DNA of 64,000 nt from Candidatus Thalassarchaeaceae archaeon (GCA_029250605.1 JAQXEZ010000016.1:1743-65742); one strand, 5' to 3'. Numbered from the stretch's first letter, positions 10,191 through 20,508 are shown. Numbers and translations: made by a program. Notes: generated by a model not told the origin, from the sequence alone.

Positions 10191-11084
10191 ATGGCGAACC
10201 CTAGGATAGAATCGGATGAGAAGGGGCATCTGATCGATATCCTCTCTGCCCTGCACCCAACCGCAAAGAAGAACTCTCTGCGGAGGATGATCGATCATGG
10301 ACGGGTCCTCGTAGATGGGAGCAGGGCATCACGTGCCAAGGAGATCGTCCACAAGGGTTCCATCGTGGAGACACTTTCCCGTTCGGAGGGTGATGGCCCG
10401 GCAAGGAAGGAGGATGGCATCCCCGAACCAGAGGTCCTGTACGACGATTCCGATATATTGGTCGTCAACAAACCCGCCGGACTACTCTCGGTCGCCACCC
10501 CCCGGGGGGAGGCTGACACCATGTTCGATCGGGCGCTACTCTGGGCTTCCAAGAACCACTCTACTCGGGTGCATCTCGTTCACCGGCTCGACAGGGAGAC
10601 CTCGGGCTGCCTGATTTTGGCAAAGTCTACGGGAGCCAAGGACATGCTGCAGAGACAGTTCAAGGACCGCACGATCGAGAGGATATACCATGCCGTCGTG
10701 TTCGGCAAGCCGAGCTCCGAGTCCGGTGTTCAGAGGGCTCGAGTCAAGGAGACGAAGGACAAGCGAGTCCGTCTGATCCAGGAGGGCGAGAGAGGAGGCA
10801 AGGAGGCAATAACCAACTGGAGCATCGAGCAGACCGGACCGATTCACACGCTGATAAGGATCAAGATCGATACAGGAAGAAGGGCACAGATCAGGCTCCA
10901 TATGAGTGACATGGGATGCCCGGTATCAGGGGACACTCGTTATGGTCGTGGAAAGGCAAGCGTGAACCGACTCTGCTTACATGCTTCTTCTCTGAGATTC
11001 GAGCACCCCAATGGCCGGAGGATGAGGGTTGAGAGCGAGATCCCGCCCAAACTTTTCTCCGAGCTTAAGAGGAAGTCTCTGTGA
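10191..11084 (+). CDS. RluA/RluD family RNA pseudouridine synthase with S4-like N-terminus
   Basis: VNKPAGLLS, catalytic HRLDRETSG, TGRRAQIRLH, GDTRYG, LCLHA. Confidence 0.9.
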   Translation: MANPRIESDEKGHLIDILSALHPTAKKNSLRRMIDHGRVLVDGSRASRAKEIVHKGSIVETLSRSEGDGPARKEDGIPEPEVLYDDSDILVVNKPAGLLSVATPRGEADTMFDRALLWASKNHSTRVHLVHRLDRETSGCLILAKSTGAKDMLQRQFKDRTIERIYHAVVFGKPSSESGVQRARVKETKDKRVRLIQEGERGGKEAITNWSIEQTGPIHTLIRIKIDTGRRAQIRLHMSDMGCPVSGDTRYGRGKASVNRLCLHASSLRFEHPNGRRMRVESEIPPKLFSELKRKSL

Positions 11085-11194
11085 ACAGAAGCCCACGGCT
11101 CATTCCAAATTCAGTTACTGCACCCCAAAGTGGCTTATTTCTTACTCTCCATACTAAATAGGGTGTGAAGGGCGCGGCTGATTAGAGGAACAGA

Positions 11195-12661
11195 TTGGTT
11201 CGATTTTCAGATTTAGGGGTCGAGCCAGTATTGGTCGATGTTTTGCGGGAAGAGGGCATAGTGGAACCCTTCGAGGTTCAACGGGAGGCGATTCCCGATG
11301 CAATGCTCGGAAGGGACGTTTGCTGTAGGGCACCGACAGGGTCGGGGAAGACTCTGGCCTTCGGTCTGCCACTGATCTCCCGGACCAAGGAAGCCAAGTC
11401 GAAGAGGCCGACCTCATTGATACTGACCCCAACACGGGAGCTGGCGGAGCAGATCCGCAAGGTTCTGCAGCCTCTAGCCAGGACATCTGGGATAGGTGTC
11501 CTTTCTGTTTATGGCGGGACTCCATACAAGGGGCAACTCAGGAGCCTGAAACAGGGAGTCGAGGTTCTCGTGGCATGTCCAGGACGCTTGATCGACCTCC
11601 TTGACAGGAAAGCACTCCGCTTGGATGACGTCGGCATTGTGGTCCTAGACGAGGCCGACAGGATGGCTGACATGGGATTCATGGAACCAGTCTGCTCGAT
11701 ACTAGACAAGTGCAGCCCAGACAGGCAGACGATACTCTTCAGCGCCACTCTAGACGACGATGTCGCTGAGATAGTCTCGGCATACCAGACTGATCCAGCT
11801 AGGATAGGGATAGGCCCAGAGGAGATTAGCATGGACAGCATGCAGCACCTATTCTGGAAGGTCAACTCCAGAGGGAAGGCCGATCTCTCGGCCTACATCA
11901 CCGAGAAGTGCGGACGCAGCATCATCTTCTGCCGAACTAGGGCCGGAGTTAATCGCCTAGGGGATGAGATGAGCGAGATAGGGACTTCATTCACCACTCT
12001 ACATGGGGGGATGAACCAGAAGCAGAGGGACAGGTCGATGCAGAAGTTCAGCGCTGGGCGTTCCCGGGTTCTGATAGCTACGGACGTCGCTTCACGTGGA
12101 ATCGACGTTACAGACGTCAACTGCGTCATCCACTTCGACCCGCCGGACGACGGCAAGGCGTACAAGCACCGAAGCGGAAGAACAGCGAGGGCTGGATCGA
12201 CTGGCACCGTAATCTCCCTTGTTCAGAGGTCCCAGAACAGGAAGTACAAGAGGATCCAGCAAGACGTTGGAATCAAGTGCAGGTTCACCGAGCCCGACGT
12301 CGATATCCTCGAGGAGAGGGAGTTCGTCATGGCACCTCCTGTGAAATTCAGGGGCGGCAGCAATTCAAGGGGGCCGAAGAACAACAAGAGGGCCCGAAGG
12401 TCTAGGAAGAGTAACCAGTCTAGGTCCTCTAACCAAGGTGGCAACAGTGACGGCCACCGAAACGGCCACCGAAACGGCCAACGGAACGGCCAACGGAACG
12501 GCCAACGAAACGGCCAACGAAACGGCAACAGTGACGGCAACAGTGACGGTCACCGAAACGGGCGTCGCAAGGGCAAGAACAATGGTAACTCTCCAGTCAA
12601 GTACAAGGACAAGCGTAGGGGGAGGAGAGGACCCCCAAAGAAGGCCCAACCCCGGTCATAG
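11195..12661 (+). CDS. DEAD-box RNA helicase with low-complexity basic tail
   Basis: APTGSGKT, PTRELA, DEAD, SAT, SRGID, HRSGRTAR. Confidence 0.95.
   Translation: MVRFSDLGVEPVLVDVLREEGIVEPFEVQREAIPDAMLGRDVCCRAPTGSGKTLAFGLPLISRTKEAKSKRPTSLILTPTRELAEQIRKVLQPLARTSGIGVLSVYGGTPYKGQLRSLKQGVEVLVACPGRLIDLLDRKALRLDDVGIVVLDEADRMADMGFMEPVCSILDKCSPDRQTILFSATLDDDVAEIVSAYQTDPARIGIGPEEISMDSMQHLFWKVNSRGKADLSAYITEKCGRSIIFCRTRAGVNRLGDEMSEIGTSFTTLHGGMNQKQRDRSMQKFSAGRSRVLIATDVASRGIDVTDVNCVIHFDPPDDGKAYKHRSGRTARAGSTGTVISLVQRSQNRKYKRIQQDVGIKCRFTEPDVDILEEREFVMAPPVKFRGGSNSRGPKNNKRARRSRKSNQSRSSNQGGNSDGHRNGHRNGQRNGQRNGQRNGQRNGNSDGNSDGHRNGRRKGKNNGNSPVKYKDKRRGRRGPPKKAQPRS
12440..12559 (+). repeat. In-frame 12-bp tandem repeat, 10 units (GNSD/GHRN/GQRN)
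   Basis: Units in order: ggcaacagtgac, ggccaccgaaac x2, ggccaacggaac x2, ggccaacgaaac x2, ggcaacagtgac x2, ggtcaccgaaac. Confidence 0.95.
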
Positions 12662-12766
12662 TCAGCGATGATTCGACAGGTAGATGTCTGGTGATTAATT
12701 CACATTCTAATCATCCTACCTTCATTGAGTAATCGGTTACTTGTAGGAGGGGCTCTCGCGAAGGCT

Positions 12767-14425
12767 GTGGCAAGGGAGTTAATCCGACTCGAAGAGGTAC
12801 ACAGGGCCTTCGGGCCACTCACTGTACTCGAGGGAGTCAACCTCAGAGTCGACGAGGGCGATCGAATCGGAGTCATCGGTCACAATGGATCGGGCAAGAC
12901 CACCTTGCTGCGGACCATCAGCAACCAGGACCAGGACGTAGGTGACATCAAATTCGCACCTGCCCTGAGGCTCGCCTTTCTTACTCAGGTTCGTGACATA
13001 GACGATGAGGCGACCCTCGGCCAGGAGCTCAATCGCAAGGGAAGGCAGTTCCTAGAGCTGGAGGAGGAGATATCCGAGATCGAGCGGAGGATGGAGGAAC
13101 CCTCCTTCTACGACGGGGACTGGCAGCCTACCATGGAAAGGTATCAGGAGCTGCAGAGCCTAATGGCACGTTCCGGAGGGAGCGACGTAGCAGGTCACGC
13201 TACTGAGATACTGAAGGCGCTTAACCTCGATCAGAACTCCATGGAGGTTCCCCTGAACTCCCTCTCCGGAGGCGAGAGGGCAAAGGTCGCCCTAGCCAGG
13301 CAGCTCGTCGGGCTGGACCAGATTGACGTCTTCTTCCTCGATGAGCCCACGAACCACTTGGACTTCAACACCCTGGAGTGGCTGGAGAGGTTCCTCAACG
13401 GGTTCGAGGGAGCACTGATGATCGTTAGCCACGACCGCTACTTCCTAGACAAGGTCTGCAACAACATAGTGGAGATACAGGACGCCCACATCAAGGGATA
13501 TCCTGGGAACTACACATCATTCCTCAAGCAGAAGGAGATATTCCTCCAGACCCTGAATGACAGGATAGAGAAGACGCAGAAGGAGATCAAGAGGCTGCAG
13601 GGTGCCATGCAGTCGATGAAGAGGTCGAACAAATTCGACAAGTCGGTTTCCCAGAAGCACTTCATGATAACTCGCGCCCAAAGGGAGCTGAAGTGGCTCA
13701 GGTCGATCAAGCCGAGGAAGCGACAGAGCCTGAAGTTCAACCTGCAATCCGCTGAGAAGAGCAGCCTGGACGTCCTGGAGTTCCGGGATGCCAACCTGTC
13801 ATTCGAATCACTGAAGAGGCCGATATTGGAGGATGTCGGAGTGAGCGTTAGGAGAGGTCAGAAGATCGGCGTCATAGGTCCGAACGGAGTTGGGAAGACA
13901 ACGCTGCTCCGTCTCATCACTGGCGATCTGGAACTGGACTCCGGCGAGCTCGAGATCAGCCCTGGGGTGCAAATCGGATACTTCCACCAGGACCACAGGA
14001 CCCTCGACTTCGACCTAACGCCCACCGAGGAGGTCCGCAGGCTCAAGCCGAGGATGGACTACGGTGGCCTCCGGGCCCTGCTCGGGCAGTTCCAGTTCAC
14101 TAAGGACATGGTATCCACGCCGCTCAGCAAACTCAGTGGCGGAGAGAGGGCCCGAATCGCCCTGCTCCGCCTCCTGCTAGAGGAGAACAACATGCTCCTC
14201 CTAGACGAGCCGACGAACCACCTTGACACGGATGCTAAGGAGGCTCTTGAGACAGCACTGGGTGAGTTCGACGGCGGAATAATCACAGTCAGCCACGACC
14301 GGTACTTCCTAGACAAGGTGTGTGACACCATCTGGGACCTGCAGGGGGATGGGGGCATCGTGGTCTGGCCTGGTAACTACTCAGAGTACAAGAGCCACTC
14401 CATCTCTACCACGCATAACCGTTAG
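12767..14425 (+). CDS. ABC-F family ATPase (ribosome-associated, two ATPase domains)
   Basis: Two Walker A motifs (GHNGSGKTT, GPNGVGKTT), LSGGE twice, DEPTNHLD twice, SHDRYFLD twice, no TM segments. Start is GTG 12767 or TTG 12725. Confidence 0.92.
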   Translation: MARELIRLEEVHRAFGPLTVLEGVNLRVDEGDRIGVIGHNGSGKTTLLRTISNQDQDVGDIKFAPALRLAFLTQVRDIDDEATLGQELNRKGRQFLELEEEISEIERRMEEPSFYDGDWQPTMERYQELQSLMARSGGSDVAGHATEILKALNLDQNSMEVPLNSLSGGERAKVALARQLVGLDQIDVFFLDEPTNHLDFNTLEWLERFLNGFEGALMIVSHDRYFLDKVCNNIVEIQDAHIKGYPGNYTSFLKQKEIFLQTLNDRIEKTQKEIKRLQGAMQSMKRSNKFDKSVSQKHFMITRAQRELKWLRSIKPRKRQSLKFNLQSAEKSSLDVLEFRDANLSFESLKRPILEDVGVSVRRGQKIGVIGPNGVGKTTLLRLITGDLELDSGELEISPGVQIGYFHQDHRTLDFDLTPTEEVRRLKPRMDYGGLRALLGQFQFTKDMVSTPLSKLSGGERARIALLRLLLEENNMLLLDEPTNHLDTDAKEALETALGEFDGGIITVSHDRYFLDKVCDTIWDLQGDGGIVVWPGNYSEYKSHSISTTHNR

Positions 14426-14468
14426 ACTCAGAGACTCCATTCAAGTAGAATGACTCGGAGGGACGGGC

Positions 14469-15140
14469 ATGCTTCGACTGGTCTACTTCCCGTCCCCCGG
14501 CAGGGCGGAGGCGATACGCATCGCCCTTTCGCTCTCGGGAGCCGATTGGGAGGACGTATCCATCGATGGTGCGACCTTCCAGGCCATGAAGGGGGCCGGG
14601 GAGCTGCCATGGGAAATGGTCCCTGTTTTGCAGACCCCAGATGGGACCATAGCGGAGTCATCCGCCATACTGAGGTACGCCGGACGCATGGCGGGCCTTG
14701 TCCCCGAGGACCCATACCAAAGCGCCAAGGCGGACGAGTTCATCGATGGTATGGAGCCATTGTCCAAAGCCCTCGACTCGACCTTCGGGATATCCGACGT
14801 GAACGAGAGGATCAGGCTCAGGAAGGAGGTTTTCGGACCCAAAGGGAAGGGATCCAAGAACCTCTTGCTGCTCGAAAGGAAGGTGGCCGAGTCGGAGACC
14901 GGCTGGGCAGCGGGAACCGATGACATGAGCATAGCTGACCTGAAGCTTTTCACCGGCCTGTTCGGACTCTTCTCTGGGAACTACGATGGCATCGAGGCCT
15001 CCGTGGTATCGGGCTACCCCGGACTTATCGAGTACCACGGCAAGATTTCCACAGATCCTCGCATTCAAGCTCACTATGCCGATGTGGGTGATGGCGACAT
15101 CCGATGGACCTTCCTCCCGGGTGCCTTCGAGGGACGGTGA
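14469..15140 (+). CDS. Glutathione S-transferase family protein (sigma-like N-terminus)
   Basis: LVYFPSPGRAEAIRIAL, MVPVL, AESSAILRY, SIADL. Confidence 0.88.
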   Translation: MLRLVYFPSPGRAEAIRIALSLSGADWEDVSIDGATFQAMKGAGELPWEMVPVLQTPDGTIAESSAILRYAGRMAGLVPEDPYQSAKADEFIDGMEPLSKALDSTFGISDVNERIRLRKEVFGPKGKGSKNLLLLERKVAESETGWAAGTDDMSIADLKLFTGLFGLFSGNYDGIEASVVSGYPGLIEYHGKISTDPRIQAHYADVGDGDIRWTFLPGAFEGR

Positions 15141-15146
15141 CAAAAC

Positions 15147-15413
15147 GTGTTAGGTGCTTTGCTAGACTTCGCCCATAGCGAGGCGGTCGCTTACATGGGG
15201 ATGGTACTCATACTGAGTGCGTTCTTCATGGAGACTCGTGACATCCTGCACAGCAAGGCCGCCCCCTACCTGGGGCTGATGGCACTGGGCTCGGGACTGC
15301 TCGCCATACGGGCCTACCTGATTGACGAATGGGCATTCTTCATCCTGGAGGTCGCTTGGTTCGCTGCTGCGGTATTGGGGATGTGGTCGCTGTGGGCTTC
15401 CATAGGAGAATAG
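15147..15413 (+). CDS. Small three-TM membrane protein (CBU_0592-like)
   Basis: Hydrophobic pattern with GMVLILSAF and FFILEVAW; starts 6 nt after the GST stop. Confidence 0.6.
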   Translation: MLGALLDFAHSEAVAYMGMVLILSAFFMETRDILHSKAAPYLGLMALGSGLLAIRAYLIDEWAFFILEVAWFAAAVLGMWSLWASIGE

Positions 15414-15487
15414 GTTCCGCCCCCCATCTTGCTAGTTGGGTGTGCTCAGGCTGATACATCAATGAGTTAATCTACCGAATTCACTAG

Positions 15488-15865
15488 TTGGCGCCAATGC
15501 TACCGTCATTCAACGTTCTTGGGGGTGAATTGGATGCATGCTCGGTCAAACCGCTCACTGGTTGGTATAGGGATGGCTGCTGCAATACCGACCGCAACGA
15601 CCGCGGTTTGCATACCGTATGCTGCATGGTGACCCTGGAGTTCCTGGAGTTCGCTCGCTCCCAGGGAAATGACCTGATCACCCCGATGCCCGAGCACGGA
15701 TTCCCCGGCCTGTCGCCCGGAGACAGGTGGTGCGTATGCGCGCAGACATGGCAAGACGCTGCCGATGAGGGAGTTGCCTGCCCGGTGGTGATTTCGTCCA
15801 CCCATGAGGAGACTCTGCAAGTCGTCTCCCTAGAACTACTCAAGGAGCATGCAGTCACCGAATAG
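15488..15865 (+). CDS. DUF2237 family protein
   Basis: NVLGGEL, PLTGWYRDGCC, GNDLITP, GDRWCVCA. Confidence 0.9.
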   Translation: MAPMLPSFNVLGGELDACSVKPLTGWYRDGCCNTDRNDRGLHTVCCMVTLEFLEFARSQGNDLITPMPEHGFPGLSPGDRWCVCAQTWQDAADEGVACPVVISSTHEETLQVVSLELLKEHAVTE

Positions 15866-15915
15866 GGCATTTCTGAATCGATAACAGTAATTATTGGCCC
15901 CCATTTCCGGGGTCA

Positions 15916-17097
15916 ATGCCTCTCAAGGATCTGTTGACGGGAAACTTCCTTGGAGTTGTCTCCGGAATCTCGGTCGTGGCGATGATGGTCATGGCAACTT
16001 CATTCTGGGCATTCTCCGGGGATGGTGTTTCCGTTCCAGGGGGAGATGACGATCCCGGGACCGAGCAGATACCTCCTCCTTCATTGCCGAATCCATCTTC
16101 GGTAGTAGATGACATAGAGGCGCTTGCCGACTTCGGCTACCGCAAGATCGACACCGTAGCCCATGCCAACGCGGGCGACTTCATCGAGCTGAGGATGGCC
16201 GACCTCGGGTACGATGTGGAGGTACAGGAGTTTGCCACCGCCGAGTGCGGCTACTGCAGGAACTACGTGGCCACCTACGAGGGACTCGACCCAGACTCGT
16301 GGGTCGTGGTCGGCGGCCACTACGACGCGATATGCTACTCGCAGCAGGTCGTCATCGGCATCGAGTACCCCGGATGCACGTCCGAGGGAGCCTACGACGA
16401 CGCCACGGGTGTCGCATCCCTCCTGGAGCTCGCCCGCCTGATGGTGGAGTGGGGCGGGACGCCCGAGCATACCTGGAAGTTCGCCGCTTGGGACTACGAG
16501 GAGTGGCAGGGCAGCGGGTCCGCAGAGGGCGGCGGGATGGGCAGCTTGCACTTCGTCGAGAACCTGCCAGAGGGCGTGGAGATCGCCACCTACGTCAACC
16601 TAGATATGTACGGACTCAACTGGCCCGTAGAGACCCAGGCTGCCAGCCAGCTCAGCGGCTGCGACGAGAACTACTACCACCTCTACCTGTTCACCTCACC
16701 CGTGGACGACTGGTCCTACTACACGGACAGGGGGCTCAACGTCACCGACAGTATGGTGGAGAACGCCTCCAGCCTGCAGTTCAGATTGAGTTCGGTGCTG
16801 TACAACGACCTGTCTTACCCGATGGATTGGGTCCAGGTGATAGACGACACGAAGGGCAACTCAGACCATTTCAACTTCATCATGAACGGGTGGCCTGCGA
16901 CCTGGTTCAGGGGGATGCACGAGTTCATTCAGGAGACCGGCGACACGTGCGAGCAGTCCCCGAAGCACGCTCCCACGGACAGGATGGACGTGCTATACCA
17001 GCTGTCCGGAGGGAGGCCGGGCCTCGAGTCAGGCATGCAGACCGGACTGGACGCACTTGCATTGCTGATGTGGAGCGACGTCCAAGGGCAATGGTAG
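15916..17097 (+). CDS. M28 family metallopeptidase, N-terminally anchored
   Basis: GGHYD, GAYDDATG, DYEE, NLDM, SDH, KHAPTD; N-terminal TM helix. Confidence 0.85.
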   Translation: MPLKDLLTGNFLGVVSGISVVAMMVMATSFWAFSGDGVSVPGGDDDPGTEQIPPPSLPNPSSVVDDIEALADFGYRKIDTVAHANAGDFIELRMADLGYDVEVQEFATAECGYCRNYVATYEGLDPDSWVVVGGHYDAICYSQQVVIGIEYPGCTSEGAYDDATGVASLLELARLMVEWGGTPEHTWKFAAWDYEEWQGSGSAEGGGMGSLHFVENLPEGVEIATYVNLDMYGLNWPVETQAASQLSGCDENYYHLYLFTSPVDDWSYYTDRGLNVTDSMVENASSLQFRLSSVLYNDLSYPMDWVQVIDDTKGNSDHFNFIMNGWPATWFRGMHEFIQETGDTCEQSPKHAPTDRMDVLYQLSGGRPGLESGMQTGLDALALLMWSDVQGQW

Positions 17098-17104
17098 CAG
17101 CGTC

Positions 17105-17524
17105 CTATGATTCGTACTCGTTCCTCTCCCCGGGGTCTTCGCTGAGGTACTGGACGAACTCGTACTCGTTACCATCATGGTCGAAGAAGTAGTATCGGTG
17201 CCTGTGTGGGTGGTCGACGTATGTAGCACCCTGCTCGTACCCAGCCTCCAGCAGGCGTTCGGTCAGTGCCGAGGCGTCGGTGACGACGAAGCCCATGTGG
17301 TTCATCCCGGGATGGACATACGGCCTGTGTGGTCCCCTTTCTGTGGCTCCTCGATCTTCCACGCATAGGTACGAATACTCGGTACCGACGTGGACCCAGC
17401 GCTGCGCCTTCTCCCCGCCCCCTTCTCCTCTGATGGTGAACTCCGGCATCGCGGTCAGTAGGAATCTAATGGTCTCGTCGACGTCAGTGGAGGTGATGTT
17501 CAGGTGCTCGAGGTAGGGCTTCAT
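17105..17524 (-). CDS. VOC (glyoxalase) family protein
   Basis: LEHLNIT, NHMGFVV, YFFDHDGNEYE. Confidence 0.88.
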   Translation of the reverse strand: MKPYLEHLNITSTDVDETIRFLLTAMPEFTIRGEGGGEKAQRWVHVGTEYSYLCVEDRGATERGPHRPYVHPGMNHMGFVVTDASALTERLLEAGYEQGATYVDHPHRHRYYFFDHDGNEYEFVQYLSEDPGERNEYES

Positions 17525-17577
17525 GGGGGCCTGAGGGCCAATTCCGCTTATGTTGCCATCGGTAGCCTTTGTTTCTA

Positions 17578-18162
17578 TTATGCACTAGTCTCCTGTTCCG
17601 GGAATTTCTCCACGAGCCAAAGGAAGCAGATGTAGAACACTACTGGAGCAACTACCCATACTGCTTGTGGGATCAACGTGTAGCCCGGTGACATCGGCGC
17701 GGAGCCAGGTATCGGGGGTATGATCACAGGGTTCCAAGAGAGTGGCTCGTATATCCAGACCCTGCCATTGAACAGGTACTCCACCAGTAGTTCCTGGAAG
17801 ATCCCCCATCCGGACATGATGCCGAGCTCTTTGCGATCGAACCCTTGGAAAAGGTCCCCGCCCAGCCAGCGATGGCAAAGGTAGACTCCGAACATGAAGA
17901 TGGCACCATCCCAGATTGAATGGGAGACCTTGCGCGGCCATCCATCCAAACCCCATGGCCATCCCACCGCCCCATGGAGGAACTCCGGCCCGAGGAATAG
18001 GAATGCGAACTCCCAAGTCGACCCGATCAGTGTTCCAATCCAGAATGCATACAGGTAGGAGAGGGGGATCTTGCCAGTGTGATGCAACCAGTGGAACAGG
18101 ACTATGAAAAAAACTGCCAGCGTGAAGTCGGCAATCATCAGGAATGCTGCCAGTGGTTCCAT
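17578..18162 (-). CDS. Hypothetical polytopic membrane protein
   Basis: About 5 hydrophobic helices, Trp-rich. Start MEPLAAF (18162) preferred over 18252. Confidence 0.65.
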   Translation of the reverse strand: MEPLAAFLMIADFTLAVFFIVLFHWLHHTGKIPLSYLYAFWIGTLIGSTWEFAFLFLGPEFLHGAVGWPWGLDGWPRKVSHSIWDGAIFMFGVYLCHRWLGGDLFQGFDRKELGIMSGWGIFQELLVEYLFNGRVWIYEPLSWNPVIIPPIPGSAPMSPGYTLIPQAVWVVAPVVFYICFLWLVEKFPEQETSA

Positions 18163-18270
18163 GTCTCTCTGAGGGTGCATGGGGTTTATTTCCCTAATGT
18201 GCAAAGATGCTACTCTCTTTCGAGGTAGCCTATGGGGTAGGATTGAAGCCACCCAGTTCTAGCGGAGGCC

Positions 18271-20040
18271 ATGTCCGAGGCACGTCACCCGCTGGCCCGA
18301 CTCATGACCCAGATGAGTGACCATAGGGGGACTATCATCCTAGCATCGATATGCTCGGTCCTGAACAAGATATGGGACCTCGCACCACCCGTCCTGATTG
18401 GGATGGCCATCGACGTGGTCCACCAGCAGGAAGAGTCCTTCCTAGCTGAATACGGTTACATCGACCCTTGGGTTCAGCTCCAGGTTCTGGCTGGGATTAC
18501 AGTGGCCATTTGGGTCCTCGAGTCGCTCTTCCAGTATTTCTACGGGGTTCTGTGGAGGAATCTAGCCCAGACGGCGCAGCACGAGCTTAGGATGGATGCC
18601 TACAGGCATATCCAGGACCTCGAGATGCAGTGGTTCTCCGAGCAGAGCACCGGCGGGCTCATGGCCATCATGAACGACGACGTGAACCAGCTCGAGCGTT
18701 TCCTCGACCACGGGGCCAACGACCTCCTGCAGGTCGGGACAACGGTGATAGTTGTCAGCGGGATCATGTTCTCCCTCGCCCCAGAGGTCGCAATACTAGC
18801 GATACTGCCGGTGCCGATCATCGTCGGGGGCTCGTTCTTCTATCAGAGGAGGATCGGGGTGCGATACACCGAGGTGCGCAAGGAGGTCGCCGAGCTGAAT
18901 GCCATCCTGAACAACAACCTGCATGGGATCACCACGATCAAGTCGTTCACAGCGGAGGAGAGAGAAGCTCAGAGGGTGAGCGAGGCATCCCAGTCGTACA
19001 GGGACGCCAACAGATCCGCCATCCGACTCTCCGCATCCTTTGTCCCCTTGATTAGGATGGCCATCCTTTTCGCCTTCACGGCAAACCTGCTCGTGGGCGG
19101 GAAGTACGCCCTCGAGGGTAAGATCGGTCTCGGTGAGTACTCCGTGATCGTGTTCATCACCCAGCGCCTGCTCTGGCCACTCACCAGGCTGGGAGAGACA
19201 TTCGACCTCTACCAGAGGGCACTCGCATCGACAAGCAGGGTCCTCGACCTCCTCGACACCGATGTTGGGATCGTCGAGGGAGAAACAAGCCTCAATGCGG
19301 TCGACGGCGACATCAGGTTCGAGGGCATCCAGTTCACCTACCCCGATAGGGAGGACGTGCTCAGGGGAATCGACCTCGACGTACCCGCCGGCAAGACGGT
19401 GGGGCTCGTGGGGGCGACTGGCTCTGGCAAGACGACTCTCGTCCGTCTCCTGCTCAGGTTTCACGACCCTCTCGAGGGAAGTGTCACCATGGATGGTCAC
19501 GATGTCAGGGAACTAAAGCTCGACTCTCTGAGGGGGGCTATATCTCTCGTCAGCCAGACGACGACGCTGTTTCCAGGGACCGTGAGGGATAACGTTCTGT
19601 ATGGTCGGCCAGAGGCCAACGAGGAGGAGATAGTCGAGGCAGCACGCATCGCTGAGGCCATCGGATTCATCGACGATCTCCCAGAGGGATGGGGCACCAA
19701 CATCGGAGAGGATGGCCATCGCCTGTCGGGTGGGCAGAGGCAGAGGATAGCAATCGCCCGGGCAGTCCTGAAGGATGCCCCAGTCCTGGTCCTCGACGAG
19801 GCAACGAGCAACGTGGACAACGAGACCGAGGCGGCCCTGCAGCGCTCGATAGAGAGGATATCCCGGGACCGCACCACCCTGATCATCGCCCACAGGCTCT
19901 CCACGGTCAGGAACGCGGACACCATCGCCGTGATGGAGAGGGGACAAATCACCGAGATAGGAAGCCACGACGACCTAGTGTCCCAGGAAGGTCTGTATGC
20001 TAGGCTATGGGCAGTCCAGACAGGGGAGGCATCCGAATGA
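18271..20040 (+). CDS. ABC exporter, fused permease and ATPase (MsbA/MdlB-like)
   Basis: N-terminal TM domain, [34 protein letters not shown]. Confidence 0.93.
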   Translation: MSEARHPLARLMTQMSDHRGTIILASICSVLNKIWDLAPPVLIGMAIDVVHQQEESFLAEYGYIDPWVQLQVLAGITVAIWVLESLFQYFYGVLWRNLAQTAQHELRMDAYRHIQDLEMQWFSEQSTGGLMAIMNDDVNQLERFLDHGANDLLQVGTTVIVVSGIMFSLAPEVAILAILPVPIIVGGSFFYQRRIGVRYTEVRKEVAELNAILNNNLHGITTIKSFTAEEREAQRVSEASQSYRDANRSAIRLSASFVPLIRMAILFAFTANLLVGGKYALEGKIGLGEYSVIVFITQRLLWPLTRLGETFDLYQRALASTSRVLDLLDTDVGIVEGETSLNAVDGDIRFEGIQFTYPDREDVLRGIDLDVPAGKTVGLVGATGSGKTTLVRLLLRFHDPLEGSVTMDGHDVRELKLDSLRGAISLVSQTTTLFPGTVRDNVLYGRPEANEEEIVEAARIAEAIGFIDDLPEGWGTNIGEDGHRLSGGQRQRIAIARAVLKDAPVLVLDEATSNVDNETEAALQRSIERISRDRTTLIIAHRLSTVRNADTIAVMERGQITEIGSHDDLVSQEGLYARLWAVQTGEASE

Positions 20041-20456
20041 GCCACGAGGGGAACGTACCGAGACTGACCGAACTGGCCGAGACTCTCGGGATGGAGATCA
20101 CCGAATTCAGTGAGGGCTCATGCGTAGTCGAGCTAACCGTGGGGAGGAAGCACCTGAACATGGGCGGGGTGGCCCATGGCGGGGTCCATGCTACCCTCCT
20201 TGACACGGCTATGGGGGGGACGCTCGTCTCGATCATCTCCAAGGAGGAGTGGTGCGCGACTGCGCAGTTGGACATCTCGTACCTTAATGCGGTCAACAAG
20301 GGGGAACACATCGTAGCAACGGCAGAGGTCATTCGAAGGGGCAGGAACCTTGCTCATGTGGAGGGCAAGCTGGTCAATGGGGGGGGAGATCTAGTGGCCA
20401 CGGCCAAGGGTACGTGGGCAATCTGGGAGGCTCGCCCGAAGAGCAGAGGCGGTTGA
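20037..20456 (+). CDS. PaaI family hot-dog thioesterase
   Basis: [11 protein letters not shown] and LLDTAMG; ATGA overlap with the ABC exporter. Confidence 0.88.
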   Translation: MSHEGNVPRLTELAETLGMEITEFSEGSCVVELTVGRKHLNMGGVAHGGVHATLLDTAMGGTLVSIISKEEWCATAQLDISYLNAVNKGEHIVATAEVIRRGRNLAHVEGKLVNGGGDLVATAKGTWAIWEARPKSRGG

Positions 20457-20508
20457 TTAAGGCTCATGCAGGCGTCATATTCAAGAGGGGTGATATCCTC
20501 TTGCAATC

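Noticed and set aside
12440-12559. Possible CRISPR array
   Set aside because: Contiguous 12-bp in-frame units with no spacers, and no cas genes in the window.
16245-17192. 315-aa alternative-frame ORF within the M28 peptidase
   Set aside because: Arg/Gly/Pro-rich off-frame product typical of high-GC coding DNA.
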